Notes under the pieces: model-generated
Databases searched by the model: none
What the model was told of the DNA's origin: nothing
What the model saw: only the letters and a program-made list of their open reading frames with translations
Source of the DNA: Takakia lepidozioides
Lineage: Eukaryota; Plantae; Bryophyta
Direction of reading: 5' to 3'
Assembly: GCA_030704615.1 (NCBI GenBank)
Contig: CM060734.1
Coordinates: 19,034,001 to 19,098,000 of the forward strand
Length of the DNA stretch: 64,000 bases
Shown here: one piece after another, positions 37,101-51,418 of the stretch
Position numbering within the stretch: the stretch's first letter is position 1
How the letters are laid out: each line of letters starts with the position of its first letter
Translations under genes and position numbers: made by a program

Positions 37101-39428
37101 CACATACACACTCGCACTGAAGCAACGACATCCACACATGTGCAAGTCCCCATAGTCTAACCCAAACAGATTCCAGGCACAGGGTTGGAGTGGCCTTACT
37201 CCTAAGGTCTCAAAGAAGCTCAGATCCAACTCAGAAGCACTGATCATGCCTTCTGGGCTTATACTGGTAACCTTCTCTCGTTGACCCTGGCCATTTTGCA
37301 GGCTTCCATTTTTCTGTTTCTTGTCAGGTGGCACAATTTCTTTGCCAATTGGATCCCAGTACTTTCCGCCTGTGATGATGTCATTGGCCCTTGCTTCCTT
37401 CTTACCATCACTCACCTGTGTGGAACTCGCATATTAGTGCTTCCACTTTAGGAAAGGAAAAGATGAGAAGAAACGACGTTCCTTACTTTGAGTTTGTTCT
37501 CAACAAGGGTGAAACTGGAGGCAACTGCACATGATTGACAACATCCGCAGAGAATGGAAATTTGCAATAGCCTACAACCAGGTGAGCACAACTTCAATCG
37601 ACACGAAAGTAGCTCAACCTTCTAAGATATCATCCAAACTGTATGGTCAACACTAAAACATGCATCTTGCAGGGAGTAGCTATGACTTACTCCTAGGGTT
37701 TCAAAGAAGCTCAAATCATATTGAGGAACATGATTAGGGGCTGATGATGCTGCCATGCCAACTTCCTCATGGCTTTGATATAATGCATCACCCTCACTTC
37801 TATCAGCTGGTACAACATGGAGGGTCATGGGAAAATCCCAATCACTGCCAGCTTGCAAGGCACCATTACCTGTCGACCTGCTTGTATGGTTGCCAGTCTG
37901 AAATCATCACCACCCACTTTAGCATATGGCCACATGCTAGGGCCCTGTGAAGATCAGTACAACCCCTCATCATTGAAAGGCCAAAAGCAGAGGGAGAAAA
38001 GAAAGAGAGAGAAAGAAGTTAGATGAAAAAATCCTAGAACATGTCCTTGACACTTTCTAGGAGCCAGGAGGCAAGAACCTAGGAACACCCTGCAAAACCT
38101 AACCCCACTTAATCAACTTGAATGATGGTCACACATAGATATATTTGAATACCACCACCAGGGCAGAGTATAGATGCCTCTTACTCCTATGGTTTCCAAG
38201 AAGCTCAGATCCAACTCGATTGCCTGATTGACTGGTGATGATGCTTCTGTGGCAATCTGCACCTGATGCTTATTCTCCTGATTGGCAATGCCCAGAGTTA
38301 TGTTGTTAGGTGAGACTTCATCTGTTTTTTGAGCCTCACAGGATACATTGGCTGCCAATACTCCAGTGGATTCTTGAGTAAATCCATTCTGAGAAACTGG
38401 CGAGTTTCCCATGAATTTCAGAGAGGCTGAATTGCCCAGTGGCAATGGTTCCTTGGAAGTTGGTGTATCCCCCTTCCTGCCGACTGACAATGTGTCAGGA
38501 GAGTTTTCGCTTGCCCAATTCCTCCCAGCTGCCAAGTTGACAGTGATCCCCTTTCTGCACTCACCCACCTGCCAAATATGCACACATTACTACTCCTAGC
38601 AGACGGTTTCACTCCTCTATAAACCATCTCATGCCAAACACCTTTCTTAAGAGTCTCCAAACCCGTGTTCACTCCGTGACTTGCAATGACTCTCCAGCCA
38701 CCGGAGGGATGAGGGGAGGACTAATTTTATTTCTATTATGGTGGGCAGAGCCTTCAGTGAGTAGGACAGCAACACCACAACAAACTTCTTTGTCCAGGGA
38801 ATCAAGAACGGCTGGCCACCAAACCTGACTTCCTGCATGCCCAGTAATTGGGTTATGTAACTGGTGGAGGTTGCTGAGGGGATGAGAAAGGGGAGAACAG
38901 AGTGAGAGAAACAATGACAGGAGGAAAACCCTGCTTGACACAAAGAAGGGTCGCTAGAGGTTGGGGACTGGCAGGAATAGAGGGGTGAAAATCCACCAGG
39001 TATATCAAGTCCCAGGCAGGGTATAGCCAACAGTCCAAGAGAAGATGCATCTCTACAGACTCATGCAGCAGACACTACCTCCATTTGTCCAACAGCATTA
39101 AGAGGTCAGCAAAACCAACCTTGATGGGGGGGTGAATAGTTTCCAGGAATTGCAGAAACGCGAGGGAGTACTTGAAAAAGAAACCGGAGGCACTGGACGG
39201 TGGTGGACCCTCCCAGCCACATGCTATACACACAGAGGATTCAGATGCCCTCAGCAATTGCGCGCCACATTGCCCACACTTCACATCACCCGCCTCCTTA
39301 GCTATCCATTCTTGCAATGTCTGCAGTGTGATGTCGTCCACCGGTTCCAGTGATTCCACCAATGTGGTTGCAGCGCTTGTCGCTGCCGCTAGGTGAGCCC
39401 TAATTTGCTCCATGGCATCTTCATCCAT
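34196..39428 (-). CDS. multi-exon uncharacterised protein with N-terminal CxxC...CxxC domain and long disordered Ser/Asp-rich region
   Basis: Exons with GT-AG borders at 39428-39120, 38568-38185, 37897-37691, 37415-37200, from 37018, a large exon ~36150-34666 and a last exon ~34289-34196; middle exon borders uncertain. N-terminus KCGQCGAQLLRASESSVCIACG. Confidence 0.7.
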
Positions 39429-42170
39429 TTGGGAAAATCCAGTATCTGTGTAATCTTCTTCTTTAACAGGGCAGATAAAAAGCCAAACAGTCTAAATCAC
39501 CTATTGTGCACTTCATGGTGTGATCTTGTCAAAGGGGAGGTTTGAAAACGGAAAGTGAACTTAAATGACGATGGAGAGGAAAGGACTCGTGTTGTCCGGG
39601 GAACCCCCACAAAAAAAAGTATGGAAAAAAGCAGAGGAAAGTAGAAATGTCACATCATATGTAAATGCCCGCTTCACAAACCTACTAAACCATAGATCAC
39701 AACTTGTAAGACAGAGATCACATTAAGACACGCACACATTCGTTAAAAAAACTAATCCACCAGTTTTCACAGCACACGCGGTTTGGCGAAGAAGGGGAGC
39801 AAGAAACCCTAGCGAGAAGGGGGCCAAAACTTGCAGCCATGACAGATCCTGCTCATCACTCATTCCAGCGCTCCAAATGCTCCAGAAAAAATGCATCCAC
39901 CTTCTACATACACCACAATCGCAAATCCACAACTTGTGCACAGGTGCGTGCGTGCTGATTCCCAAAACCAGACCCTGCAATCCGACATCTACTCCAAATT
40001 GTGCGCAAACACAATCTAGCCCAGACTGCGAGAGACCACGTGAGGCTGGCCCGCGGGTTTCGCCAGGTGGTTCTGCGCGCAGGCGCTCGGTCGCCGGCTT
40101 GTGCGTGGCTGCCGCGCCAACTTCCGCCGAGTTTCGCCGGGGTGGTTCCCCTCCGGCAACTGGTTTCGCCGGCCGCAGAGGTGACAGGTGTGCGCAGCGC
40201 AGATGGCAGCATCATTCCACCAACCCTGTCACTCATTCATATCCCCCATGGGTCTATCTACCTACCTGCCTTCCATCCTACAACGACTTGACCTTGGGTT
40301 CAACTCCCGAACCACACTACACTCGACACTCTAGAATGGCTGCTGTTTTTCTTCATAGAGAGATCTACTTTCATCCATAACTAACTATTGAAACACTCAT
40401 AAAATGATGCACTTATGCCACCTTATTAAATTTCATTGTCATCCATAGTCACGTTTTCATCCAATGTTTTTCATCTGTAATGGTTCACAACCAAGGAGGT
40501 GATACTTGAGGAAGGTAGAACAGGACCAAAGGTATAATAAAAGGTATAAATTAAAAGGTATAAACTGGTTGGTAGATTGACTACTGAGGCTGTAAAGCTG
40601 AAATTTGTCAGAGGAGAATGTTCTCTCAAATTTTATTTTTATTTTTATTTATTTCCAAGAATATGAGGAGAAGGCTGTGGCCGGCTTGTGGTGAGACTCT
40701 GTGTGCATTGGCATGTGGGTCTGGGTCTCAAACGCTATGCCTTTGGGCTGGGGCTCTCCGCCCTTGTAATGCCTCCATGGCTACCTTGTAAAGGGTTTTG
40801 AGGCTTAGCACCAATACTTGGGATTAAGTTTGGAGTCAGATCAAGACAGGTGTAATGGGAATACTTCATCCATGTCTATAAATGAACGAAATCCCTGGAT
40901 GAATAGTTTGATGCATGCTCGCAGGCCGATATTCTCTCCCCAAGACAATGGCATGTACTTTCCTCCTATTTGCTCTCATTGACATTTCTGATCCTCATAA
41001 TAGAAGATTTATGTGAGAGATTGGGCTTCATGGAAGAGACAGTTATCTCACAAGTTAGTAAAGAGGGCAGGAAAAGAAGAGAAAAAAACAGAGAAAGAGA
41101 GAATGAAGGTACTGTTTTTGGGGCAATTTCTGCATTAAGTGACTCGAAAGAATATGAAGGCTCCATAACCTCAACTCAACCATCCGGACTTGCGTCACAA
41201 CTCACAACCTATATGGCAGGGCTTGCATGTATTACATGTATTTGTTTTCTCCCTCAAGGCCCAATTGAGGTGTTTCCTTGGGAAAAAAATTGCAGATGAA
41301 AAATATCAGGCACCGTTCCTTTATGTTTTAAAATAAACAAACATTCTAAAAGAGGTTATTTTTTCCTCTCACTATAACTAGCTATCGCTCCCAGGTGTTT
41401 CTCTTTATAAAAAGAAAATGAAAAAAAACAAACGCACGGAATACATGCAAGCCTTGCCCTAATTATGAATAGGCTGTAAAAATCTGGAAGATCACACACT
41501 TACTCATTCTAGGAACATTCCATGACCTAGATCTGCAAGTTTTTTGCAACAAGTCTCATTTGTGCATTTGACTAGTCTACTTACTCATGAACTACATCAT
41601 GTTTACATATTTTATCCCTCTATAAATATGGATGAAAATTTTCACCTTGAACTAATTCGAAACTTAATCAAGAGTATCGGTGTTAAAAATCAAAACTTTT
41701 GCGTAGTCTTGTCTCTGAAAGGCAAGGCCAATAAATTGTTTTACTCATGAATGGATTGGGAATGAGAAAATAAACCTCTAAAACAACTGCTATCTATGGT
41801 CAGCATGAGCATGTGATTGTAAACTGAAAAAAAAAAAAATCATCCAAAAACTTCATCCAATATCTGTCAACATTGAATGGCTCCGTGAAAATTTCTCTAG
41901 CCTCACGACTCCTAAAACTTTTGCATAGTTTTGCTTTGAGAAGGCAGGGCCAATAAAGAAAACCAGCTCGACAATTCAAGCCCTTTACAGAGAAAATGGG
42001 GAATTAATCTCCTAGAAGCCCTGTACAGCATATATGAGACACCATCCCTAGATTGACCGGGCATGAAACCATACAACATAGAACAACGTAGAAGGATTTG
42101 AGCTCCAAACTCCAAACCAATGGAGTGATATAAAGTGCACTATCCAAGTGAGATAGTTCATCCAGAATAG

Positions 42171-43309
42171 AACTCGTGAATACTTTTGTCTAGTGAGTGA
42201 GGAGTCCAACATAAAATTTATTGTTCTGCATTCAACTATTGACCTTCATGACAAGAGCAATCCACCGACTCACCAATTCATAGACAGGCATGTGTAGACC
42301 GCTTTCATGAAAATTCAATAAGAATGAGCATCCATTGACAAGGACTTGCAGAACTCCCATTAAGTCTAACACGGTTACAATAACAACTAGAAGGTTAAGT
42401 GAGACTGTTGTTGTGTGTCCCAAAGTTAAGATTTATAGAGCTTCTTCAAAGACTTTAAAGAGGATGTTCAGGGCAGCGAAAGTTCCACAATCTTCTTAAA
42501 GCAATTTTGAAAAAAGAAATGACTGAGTACCTTCCAAATCCCATTGAAAAGAGAGCAAGAATCAGCAATTAGTTTGCACTAGCAAGCATAAGATCAAAGA
42601 ACATCAAGAACTACTTCTTCGTCAAGAGTTGCTCGAATCTCTGCCCTGTTCTGGTAAGTAGAAGCTCCATCTTTAGATCCAAATTCACAACCCACTTCAT
42701 CCCAAAAGACCATGGAGGTGCAACTGGAGTCGCAATTTGCCCAAATAGAAGCCATATTTGTGGCAAGAACCGAAGCAAAAAACAGACGCACTCGCCAAGA
42801 GAGTCGAAGACATGGGATCTGAGATGATGAAGCGGGTTGTGGATTTGGATCTAAAAATGGAGCTTCTACTTAATGAAACAAGGTAGGGGTTTGAGCGACT
42901 CTTGACGAAGAAATAGTAGTTCTTGATGTTATTTGATTCTATGCTTATTAGTGCAAAACTAATTGCTGATTCTTGCTCTCCTTTTAATGGGATTTGGAAG
43001 GTACTCAGTCATTTCTTTTTTCAAAATTGCTTTGAAGCAGCTCTATAAATCCTAACTTTTAGACACAAGACAACAGTCTCACTTTACCTCCTGGTTGTTA
43101 TTGTAACCGTGTTAGACTTAATGGGAGTTCTACAAGTCCTTGTCAAAGGGATGCTGATTTTTATGGAATTTGAAAGTAGTCTACACCTGTCTGTCTTTGA
43201 ATTGGTGAATCGGTGGATTGCTCTTGTTAGGAAGGTCAATAGTTGAATGCAAAACAATAATTTTTATGTTGGGTGCTCCTCATTCACCAGACAAGAGCAT
43301 TCATGAGTT
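42171..43309. repeat. long inverted repeat (foldback), arms ~500 bp
   Basis: 42171-~42701 is the diverged reverse complement of ~42826-43309. Confidence 0.85.
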
Positions 43310-43884
43310 ATATATCTGCATGTCTAGGTGAACAGCATTGAAACGCACATAAACATTTCTCAAGGTAAGAGTCGTCATCAATTCTCGTCCACCTCCACTA
43401 GAAAACGATATTTGCATAGAACCTTTGATGCCTAATATGAACATACCCGGTACACCAATCAAAGATTTAATCTTATAGATACTGATATTTGAATGGTTCA
43501 CTCTACTTGTCTAATGTAAGTGTCTTCACAAATTATGAACCTCACAACACCTTGTCTGAGTTATTTGACTTCCCTTAAAAATTGAAAGACATGAATGCCT
43601 CAAAACTTTATGACAACAATCACAAAGACCTCATTGTCTCAATATCTGACGTTGTCCTGGAACATGTGATGCCACAAACTTTACTCACTCATGACCACTT
43701 CCATCTTACATTGTAACCTACAATTGATTGTACAATTCTCAATTGAACCATGTATGGATTAACTCATATATGCAACATTGTTTGTATGGAACAAAAAGAT
43801 TAAGCATATTGGAATGACCACATGCCAACTTAGCAATTTGAACTCCCATATTATGTCAATCATTTCACAACCTGTTCATGATTA

Positions 43885-44098
43885 CAGCAAGACAAACCTC
43901 ACATGTATTCCATGCATTTGCCAGTTGTAAGACAAGAGTACGATTGTTTGGAGGAACAGCAAGACATGCATCATATGTATTCCATGCATTTGCCGGTTGT
44001 AAGACAAGAGTACGATTTTTTGGAGGAGCAGCAAGACAGGCCTCATATGTATTCCATACATTTGCCAACTGTAAGACAAGAGTACGATTTTTTGGAGA
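43885..44098. repeat. 72-bp tandem repeat, ~3 copies
   Basis: CAGCAAGACA...GTAAGACAAGAGTACGATT..TTGGAG repeated three times. Confidence 0.9.
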
Positions 44099-44144
44099 TT
44101 TTTTAGAGGAGGAGCTAGAGGGCTGTTGATCCTTGCAGGCTTTC

Positions 44145-44820
44145 TATGGTAGCTGCCCAATGGTTGGGTATTTGTGCCTTGCCTGTGCATAAGCTGGGTG
44201 ATCTTCGGGTCAATACTTCAATATGTGCCTCAACCGTCATTGGTCCCTTGATGGGTTGTATGGTGAGGCTCCGTAAATTCACTGGTTGCTAAACTACCTT
44301 TATTTTATTTTACTTTATCAGCTTGTTAAATGCTTCTAATGGCCCCATGATTTGGCACGTAAAGCACTCCTGCATAATTCCTATTGTAAATAATTAGTGA
44401 ATTTCCCGAGCAGAACTTGCCCCATACAAGATTACAGCCCTCACCCCCAGATTTTTTTAGCAAATGGGCCAGCACAGCTACACATTTATAACATTAGGCA
44501 CAAATCCGTCAGGATACCATCACATGGATATAGGATGGACTGGGAAAGTCCTCTAGTGAGAATTTTACCTCTAATTTTTCCCTCAACCATTTTTTTTTTT
44601 TTTCCCTCAACCATGTTTTGGAAAATAAAACAAGTAACCACACAGAGTAAAAAAAGATAATAAAAAATAAAGTTTCCTTAACGTCCAGTGAATTTACAGA
44701 GCCTACTGCTCAACACACAGGCCATCGAGGGCCCAATGGACGGTCTGAAGGCACATGTTGAAGGATTGAACCCAGGATCACCTAGGTTATGCACAGGCAA
44801 GGCACAAACACCAACCATCT
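44145..44820. mobile_element. inverted pair of short SINE-like repeats, family 2 (~44145-44285 plus; ~44685-44820 minus)
   Basis: Shared TTTGTGCCTTGCCTGTGCATAA...GTAAATTCACTGG; B-box-like GGTTCAATCC in the minus copy. Confidence 0.55.
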
Positions 44821-47082
44821 ACCGAGTGGATGATGGGATTAGCTAGATGACAGGTTTTCGGATGTGGTGCGTTCATCCGTCGTCCTGGAATCCATGAGGA
44901 AGACGGGGAAGGCAGCAACGGGTGGAGCAGCGATGGCGTGGTGGCTAGGCCTCGCAACCAACCTAGTCATGTTGCCTCTGCACCTGGCCTGACTTCAAAC
45001 CTCCGCCAAAATTGGGTTGCACCCCAGAAGGGGGAGCTCAAGCTTTTTCCAAAGGCTCCCTTCCCGTGTTCCTATATTTGGGCTCGTTGTTTTAAGGATC
45101 TGTGCTTGTTTTGTGGGAGGTCAGCCATGTGAATTCTATGCAGGTCGCAAGATTGATACGGTCTCGCTTTTCTTCCTCCGTCGGTTCTTCTTTTCGTGTA
45201 TTTCATCCTTCATCTCCAAGTTCGCGTTTCTCAGGTATTGATAGGTGAAAATGTGGCCTTTGGGTTCCATTTATTTTCTTATTCCACTTAAACGAGATGC
45301 TTTCTATCGTTATTTTCAGGAGGATGGTCGGCATCAATGTGCAGAGTCGGGTTTGTAAAGGAGATGCTGTGGGCTTAATTAAGCATGTGTTCACATATTT
45401 AAGAAAGGAGTTCGGTAGCAATTTGTTTCGCATCTTCTGTGCTTGCCTAGCAGACAAAGCCAAAGCCTGCCCTGCCCAACTTTGCATTTAGCATGTTTCC
45501 CGTGCTGTCTGTAGAGCACATTAAGACACATAGGTGTAGCGAAGAGATTGTTTCGAAGAACATAACGACGGAATTACAGCTGCACAAACTCCTATCACGA
45601 TCGCGTACTATTGCTATGTGGTGATAGTTAGCAGCTAATTGGACGGGACATTGACCCTTAGCTTTAGGTGCGTGAGAGGGTCTGAGAGGGTCTACGGTAG
45701 CTATTTAGGGTAATTCATGCATGAGCACAGAGCATTTTCTGCGGTGTTTTTTGGGCATCATTTGGTATTGACTGACGCGCTACTGCCACTGGAATAGAGA
45801 GCGAGGAACTTCGAATTGCGGTAGTAAGCTACAGGAGCGACTGTAGCGTCTTTCCAGCCCCAGAAGAGGAGATTCAACCTAGACTCTGCTACATTGTTCC
45901 GCCCAAATTGGGCGCGGGTCTATGACCACAAGGCTATGCCAGACAACGTACATTCTCTCTTTCATTTCTGGGGGCTGGGTAAAACGTGGAGGGGAGGAGC
46001 AGAATTTTAGGTTTTCATGTAACTGAGTTTCACACTTAAATCTCTATCGTTATGCCTTGTTGCAGGTATAGCAAATCACAGTCATTTAAAACAAAACAGG
46101 CCATCAGAGCCTTTATTACACCGTCTTTTTTCGACAAATGGTCAATTGAGATCTCTGAAGCCCTTATACCCAGCAGTACAATCTTTTGGTACGTGTTACT
46201 GGCACAGATTTAAATCTACACTTCATCCTACAAAGTTTCTTAGGGTTCTAATCAGTGCTGGCAAAAAGCATTTTCCTCTCATGCCACTAGATTTTCCTGC
46301 TATCAATTTAGAAAGGTCTGCTTTGATTGTTTGGAGCTGTTTTTCTTGTAGGGACTAACAGTTGTTCCGTCAGCCAAAAGATGTAACCCCAGGGGTACCA
46401 AGGTGGTGAGGTTCCACCTAGTTTAAACGGATCTTAGTGCAATTACAGGTTTCTTCAATGAGAGGAAGAGTAGATGTTTGCAATTGCTTGCATCTTTCTT
46501 TTGCAGCTATGGCAATTAATTCTATGCAAGGAACGCCCGTTTTGTTTCCTCAACACTATGAAGGAAGACTTGCGCTACGTGCATTGGATTTTCAGTTCCT
46601 TGAGAATGTTATTCCCTCAACACATTTCAGTCAAATTACCAACCTGATGGCCTGATGTAAACATTGTCATATTTTCTTTGGCAGGGAGAAAATATCAAAC
46701 AGGAACAATTTTGGGATTGATAATTGCCACCAGCTGCCCATCAAAATGGCATGGACTCTCAGAAGCACCTCAATGCGAGAGCGGTAGGTCTCCTCATCGG
46801 CATTCATCTGATTCGAATGGTCTGAGGACCTAGCTCTGTGAATGATCAATAAGTAGATTCTCTCTCAAGCACAGTATGCATGACCAGGCCATCAGAACCA
46901 CAGGTGTCATATCTGATTCTGATTGTCGAGGAGAGAGCCGCAGTGCTGGAATCACCATTTTGTTGTGAAGCATGATATCAGTACCATCTCTTAGATCAAA
47001 GACCTTCTAATCTATCTGTTCTCATGTTCCTCTTCTATTTGGTTGCCATTCTAATGTCAGTTGGAGTTTTACTCTGCAGTAT

Positions 47083-49326
47083 ATGGATATATGCTACTCC
47101 AAGGAGATAGATGTATCTAGCTTGCAACAGCCTGGTAGCTTGGACCATCTGTATGGCTGCTGTAGGCACATTTAGCAACTAACTGCTACTGTAGTCCGGT
47201 CTTTATGCAATGTGGAAGATATGAATCAGCAGTCAAGGAACACTATTACCCTTCATTCTTTTAAACATCTAAGAAAGTGTTTCTTTAACATTTTCCTTGG
47301 CCAAGATAACAACCCACTCTTCCAGAGTCGAATGCAGCAAAAGTTATCTGTGCATTTCCTGAAGGTGACTCTTGATGGAGATGACATATAATAGATACTA
47401 TGTGGACCTTTTTAGGCAGTCTAGCAGCAAAGCCAGCCACCTATTACAGCAGCCGAGTTTTTTTTGCAGATCAACAGGGAAAGGTTACAGCTTACTCTGT
47501 GACAGAGAATGCCCTTGGCACAGAGGAAAGGCAGGAAGCCTGGGTAGTGCGGTGGGTAAAGCAGCTCATCGTGCCAGCACTTGTGGTTATGACAGTGGCT
47601 TCTGGATGGCACTGCCCTGTGTCTCTGATTGTGAATCTTGCCATCCTTATGTGGATCACCAAGCCATCACCAGCCTCCATCTATGATTGGGTTGAGAAGG
47701 TCTGACTTCTTACTCCTAGTGTGGTTCTACTTTTGGAATGTACTGAGATGGGAGATTCGCAATTTTAGAGCTCAATATATATGTGGCCACACAGAAGGTT
47801 TTAATGTGTTAATTTGGGGAGTTTGTATCAGGGAGGGACAAACAATCTCAAATCTTTTGATGTTGTCTGTAAATTGGCAGAGGAGGTTGAAGCAAGCTAG
47901 TGAGAGGCGTAGCTTGGATCGTCTCAAGGACAAGGTGAATCTCTCGATCTTTATCTCTCCCCTTGACACTAGTTTATATCAAGGTAAGTCACACTAGTGG
48001 AGTGAGCCCCTCACAAAGGTAGTGCCTATTCCCTATGTTTCTGTCCAATCTGGGCACGGGGTCTATGGCCACAAGGCTACGGCAAACAAAGTCTTCTGAT
48101 TACATTCTCTCCACTTGACACCCTAATTTCCTACATATGGTCCATTTTCTTCTTTTAGTAACCAATGCATCTCAAAAGCTCCTTTTCTTCATAAGAAAAT
48201 CCTTCAATCTACTGGCCAGAGGTCTATCTGTTGACTGTTGACTCTGTAGTGAGTTGGCTACCGATTCCTTGAGGACATAGTTCATGAGGGATACCATCCT
48301 TGTGGAGCTGATTGTGGGATTTCAATCCAGAATGGTTTGAAAGATTCAGGGTTTGAGGACTCTCATTGACAATTAGGAATCTAAAACAAGAAGCAGCATA
48401 AAAAGTGCACTCAGCTGATATCAAATACTCCAATGCCATGAGAGGACTTGTGTTTCCTTATTACAGTATTGTGTCATATCCGTTGCGTCACTGACTACTA
48501 TAGATGTGTGTCGTTGCCCAAGTCCGACTCTGAAATATCAAGAGCAAAGCTTATGTTAAATGTCACAGCTTATATTTATTAATTGTATGGGGGTTGCTGG
48601 GGAATAGCCAGGTGGTACTTTAGATGTCTGATGGAGTCAACTGCAGATGGAAGTCCTAGTCATAAAAAGCAGTTTGGCATTTCTCAGAGTTAACGTATTA
48701 TATAGCAGAAGTCTTTTATCACTGTACGCTCTCTTATCAGACTGCAGATGTGAGATAGAATTACAATGACTTCGGTATTAGGAGAAGTAAAGATTATCAG
48801 CTTTTCTGGGGGTCGAATCAGTGTGGACTCTGGTTGTTGAAGTTTTGAGTGTGTTGTTAACAATCTATAAACTAACAGCTGCATGTTAAAGCTGATTGGT
48901 TATTATGGAATTGTGCAGTCAGAAGAGTCTGGAGGGATTAGAGAAAATCTTTCCTCGGTCCTCTCACTCCCAACCCTCAGCTATCTGTGGGCCTGGCAGC
49001 TCAATCCAAGTGCAACGGTCATGCACGTAGAAGTGCGCGACCACATGTTTTTCTGCCTGGCCAGAGTGACATCTCTCACGCAGAATTCTACCATGGTGGG
49101 GCTTTTGGGAGACTGGTGGGTCATCTACTCGTCATCATCAACAATAACTACGCTCGGTCTGTGCCCACTTCCCCTCCTGAATTGGCATAAAACATGTGAA
49201 CAACCAGAAATGATGGTTGAGCTTAGCACTACCTCAAAAGTGGATTTTTGGATGATATTGAACAAGCAATTCTTATTAACGGAGTTCATTTTCTCAGAAG
49301 GCCTATGCAACTGCAGGGTTAAGTAG
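47083..49326 (+). CDS. uncharacterised small membrane-associated plant protein, 4 coding exons
   Basis: Phase-consistent GT-AG model 47083-47150, 47420-47699, 47881-47934, 49000-49326; hydrophobic stretch, then TKPSPASIYDWVEK...VEVRDHMFFCLA...GLLGDWW. Confidence 0.65.
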
Positions 49327-50587
49327 TTTTTTTTGTCGCAAGGTCCTTTTTCCTCTTAAGCTCTTACAAAAATCAGCTTGTTTTTGGAAGATGAACTGTG
49401 TGGCATAATGATCTTCTAACACCCGGAAAAAAATCTCAACTGAGTCTGTCCTACTACACATGAAATGGGGCCTCCTACTGGAAAAATGCAAGATTGTGGA
49501 GACAAGGATTGGTGTGATCCTACCATTATATTTAATCTTATCTAACCATCTCAAATGAAGGAATGAAGTCTCTTCTTGTTGATGGTGCAGGCCTTGAAAA
49601 ATTTAAAAAGGATTTTGAGCAGAAAAAAGAGGAGCTGGAACTGGAGGGCAAAAGAGTTGCAGAAGAAGGTATTGGCAAGTTATGGGCCTGGCTGGATAAG
49701 CTGTAAAGCTTAGTTTGTGCACTGTTGTTTCTGTTTGAATGAAGCACACACCACCATACAGGTGATTTGGCCTAGTGCCAAAGTAAGAGGCTACATTGTC
49801 AAGGCACCAAGGCAATGGCAACTCTGGTCTTGGTTATCCAAAAGTGTACAGACTATGAGTGTTGAATTGATGGGGAGGATCGCAATGAAAGAAAGGAAGG
49901 AAGCCCAATGAACCTGTGGGAGAAGAACACATGATAACCAGTAGAACACCAGGCCCAAATCGCTGCTGGAACATGATAAATTCTGCCATGATTGGAGGAA
50001 TGCATTGCCTCATCAAGCACGCAAGGCAATGTCCATGAGTCACATGTTTTTGCTTGTGATCAACAGGAAGTTGCTTGCCAGACTGCACACCAGACTGCCA
50101 GGAAGCTTCTTAAGCTATGGAGGCTGCAAATGCTTGTTCTCATGGCTACCCTGACATTATTATTTTTGTGTCAATCCTGCAATCCAAACCATGAAGAGGC
50201 GGTTGTATGATACTTGGTGCTGGTCGATCTTTGTGCACAAGTGTGATTTAGAAGGAACAATCTCATTTCAACATTTAATTTTTGGTGGTATGGTGTGGCA
50301 ACACAACAATAACTCAGTGAGCCCATATCATTGACACATGCTTGCACTCTCCACTCTCATTGCATGTTCAACATCCCATCATTTCAAAGAAGCTCACAAG
50401 AGAAGTTCCTTGAAAGCCTGCATATATCTGTCCCCAATTTTTAACTTTCTTTATTAAATCAGAAGGTGCATTAGATTTATCCACCTGTTAGCACCGAGAG
50501 TTGCACAAAAATTGAAAAAGATGGCAGCCTACAAAGAGATTTCTTACAAAGCCAGACCCAGGCATCTCCCACTGTCAGTGCAATGGG

Positions 50588-51418
50588 GTGCAAGAGTCGA
50601 ACGTCCTCCCCAATGTGGTGGAGTCCATGTGCCCTGACGAAGTCTGGCACATAGAACGCACCAGTGTTGGGTCTACGTGCACGGCAATCAGAGCCACCAA
50701 TCGTGAAAAGTGCAAGTCTTCCATATCTAGAGGCAAGGTCCGCACTCCGGCTCCGACCTTCACTGGTTTGTTCCAGCCTTACGGGCAAGCAGAGGCGAAG
50801 AACCACAAATTCTGGTTCTGCCCTGACGATTGTGGTAGGTGCGTGCGTGGGACTGTGCGACCATTGGTGGTCATGAAGCCTCCTCCACCAAGCATTTGGC
50901 CTGTGAAGGTGGGGACACATCTCACAACTCAGGAGATTGCCATGTTGGAGGAGGCAGGCTTCTCCCTTCAGCGAGAACCCTCTGTACATGCAGGTGCTTC
51001 TACTTCAGCCAATTCTCGAGTGCCACCACCCAACGCTGATGCATGGCCAACTAAACGAAATGGAAAGCTGGTTCGTCGTTTCCCTCCGACTGCCGAACAC
51101 TTCGGCAAGATAGAATCCGCTCGAATGCTTCAAGGTCGTGTTACAGGCACTACGGAAGTTTCACATCCTAGGTATGGTCGGATCTACACTATGATGACCT
51201 CCACATCTGCTATGCATGACAGATTGTACGACATCACAGTTTCAAATTTCCCCAACTGCACATGTCATGATTTTGTTGGCATGCTTTCAACAAGTTTGGG
51301 AAAGACAAGAAAATTTATACCCTGCAAGCATCTGTATTTTATCTTCCTGAACATAATGGTTTGTGATCCCAGACGCGACATCTTCATTCACCAGGCCACT
51401 ATAAGTTCAACGAGATGA
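50588..51418 (+). pseudogene. SWIM zinc-finger protein, probably a Mutator-like transposase C-terminal fragment
   Basis: YDITVSNFPNCTCHDF...FIPCKHLY matches SWIM CxC...CxH; Cys-rich FWFCPDDCGRC; no 5' part. Confidence 0.65.

Noticed and set aside
39877-40380. GC-rich overlapping ORFs
   Set aside because: Likely promoter or 5' UTR of the minus-strand gene; open by composition.
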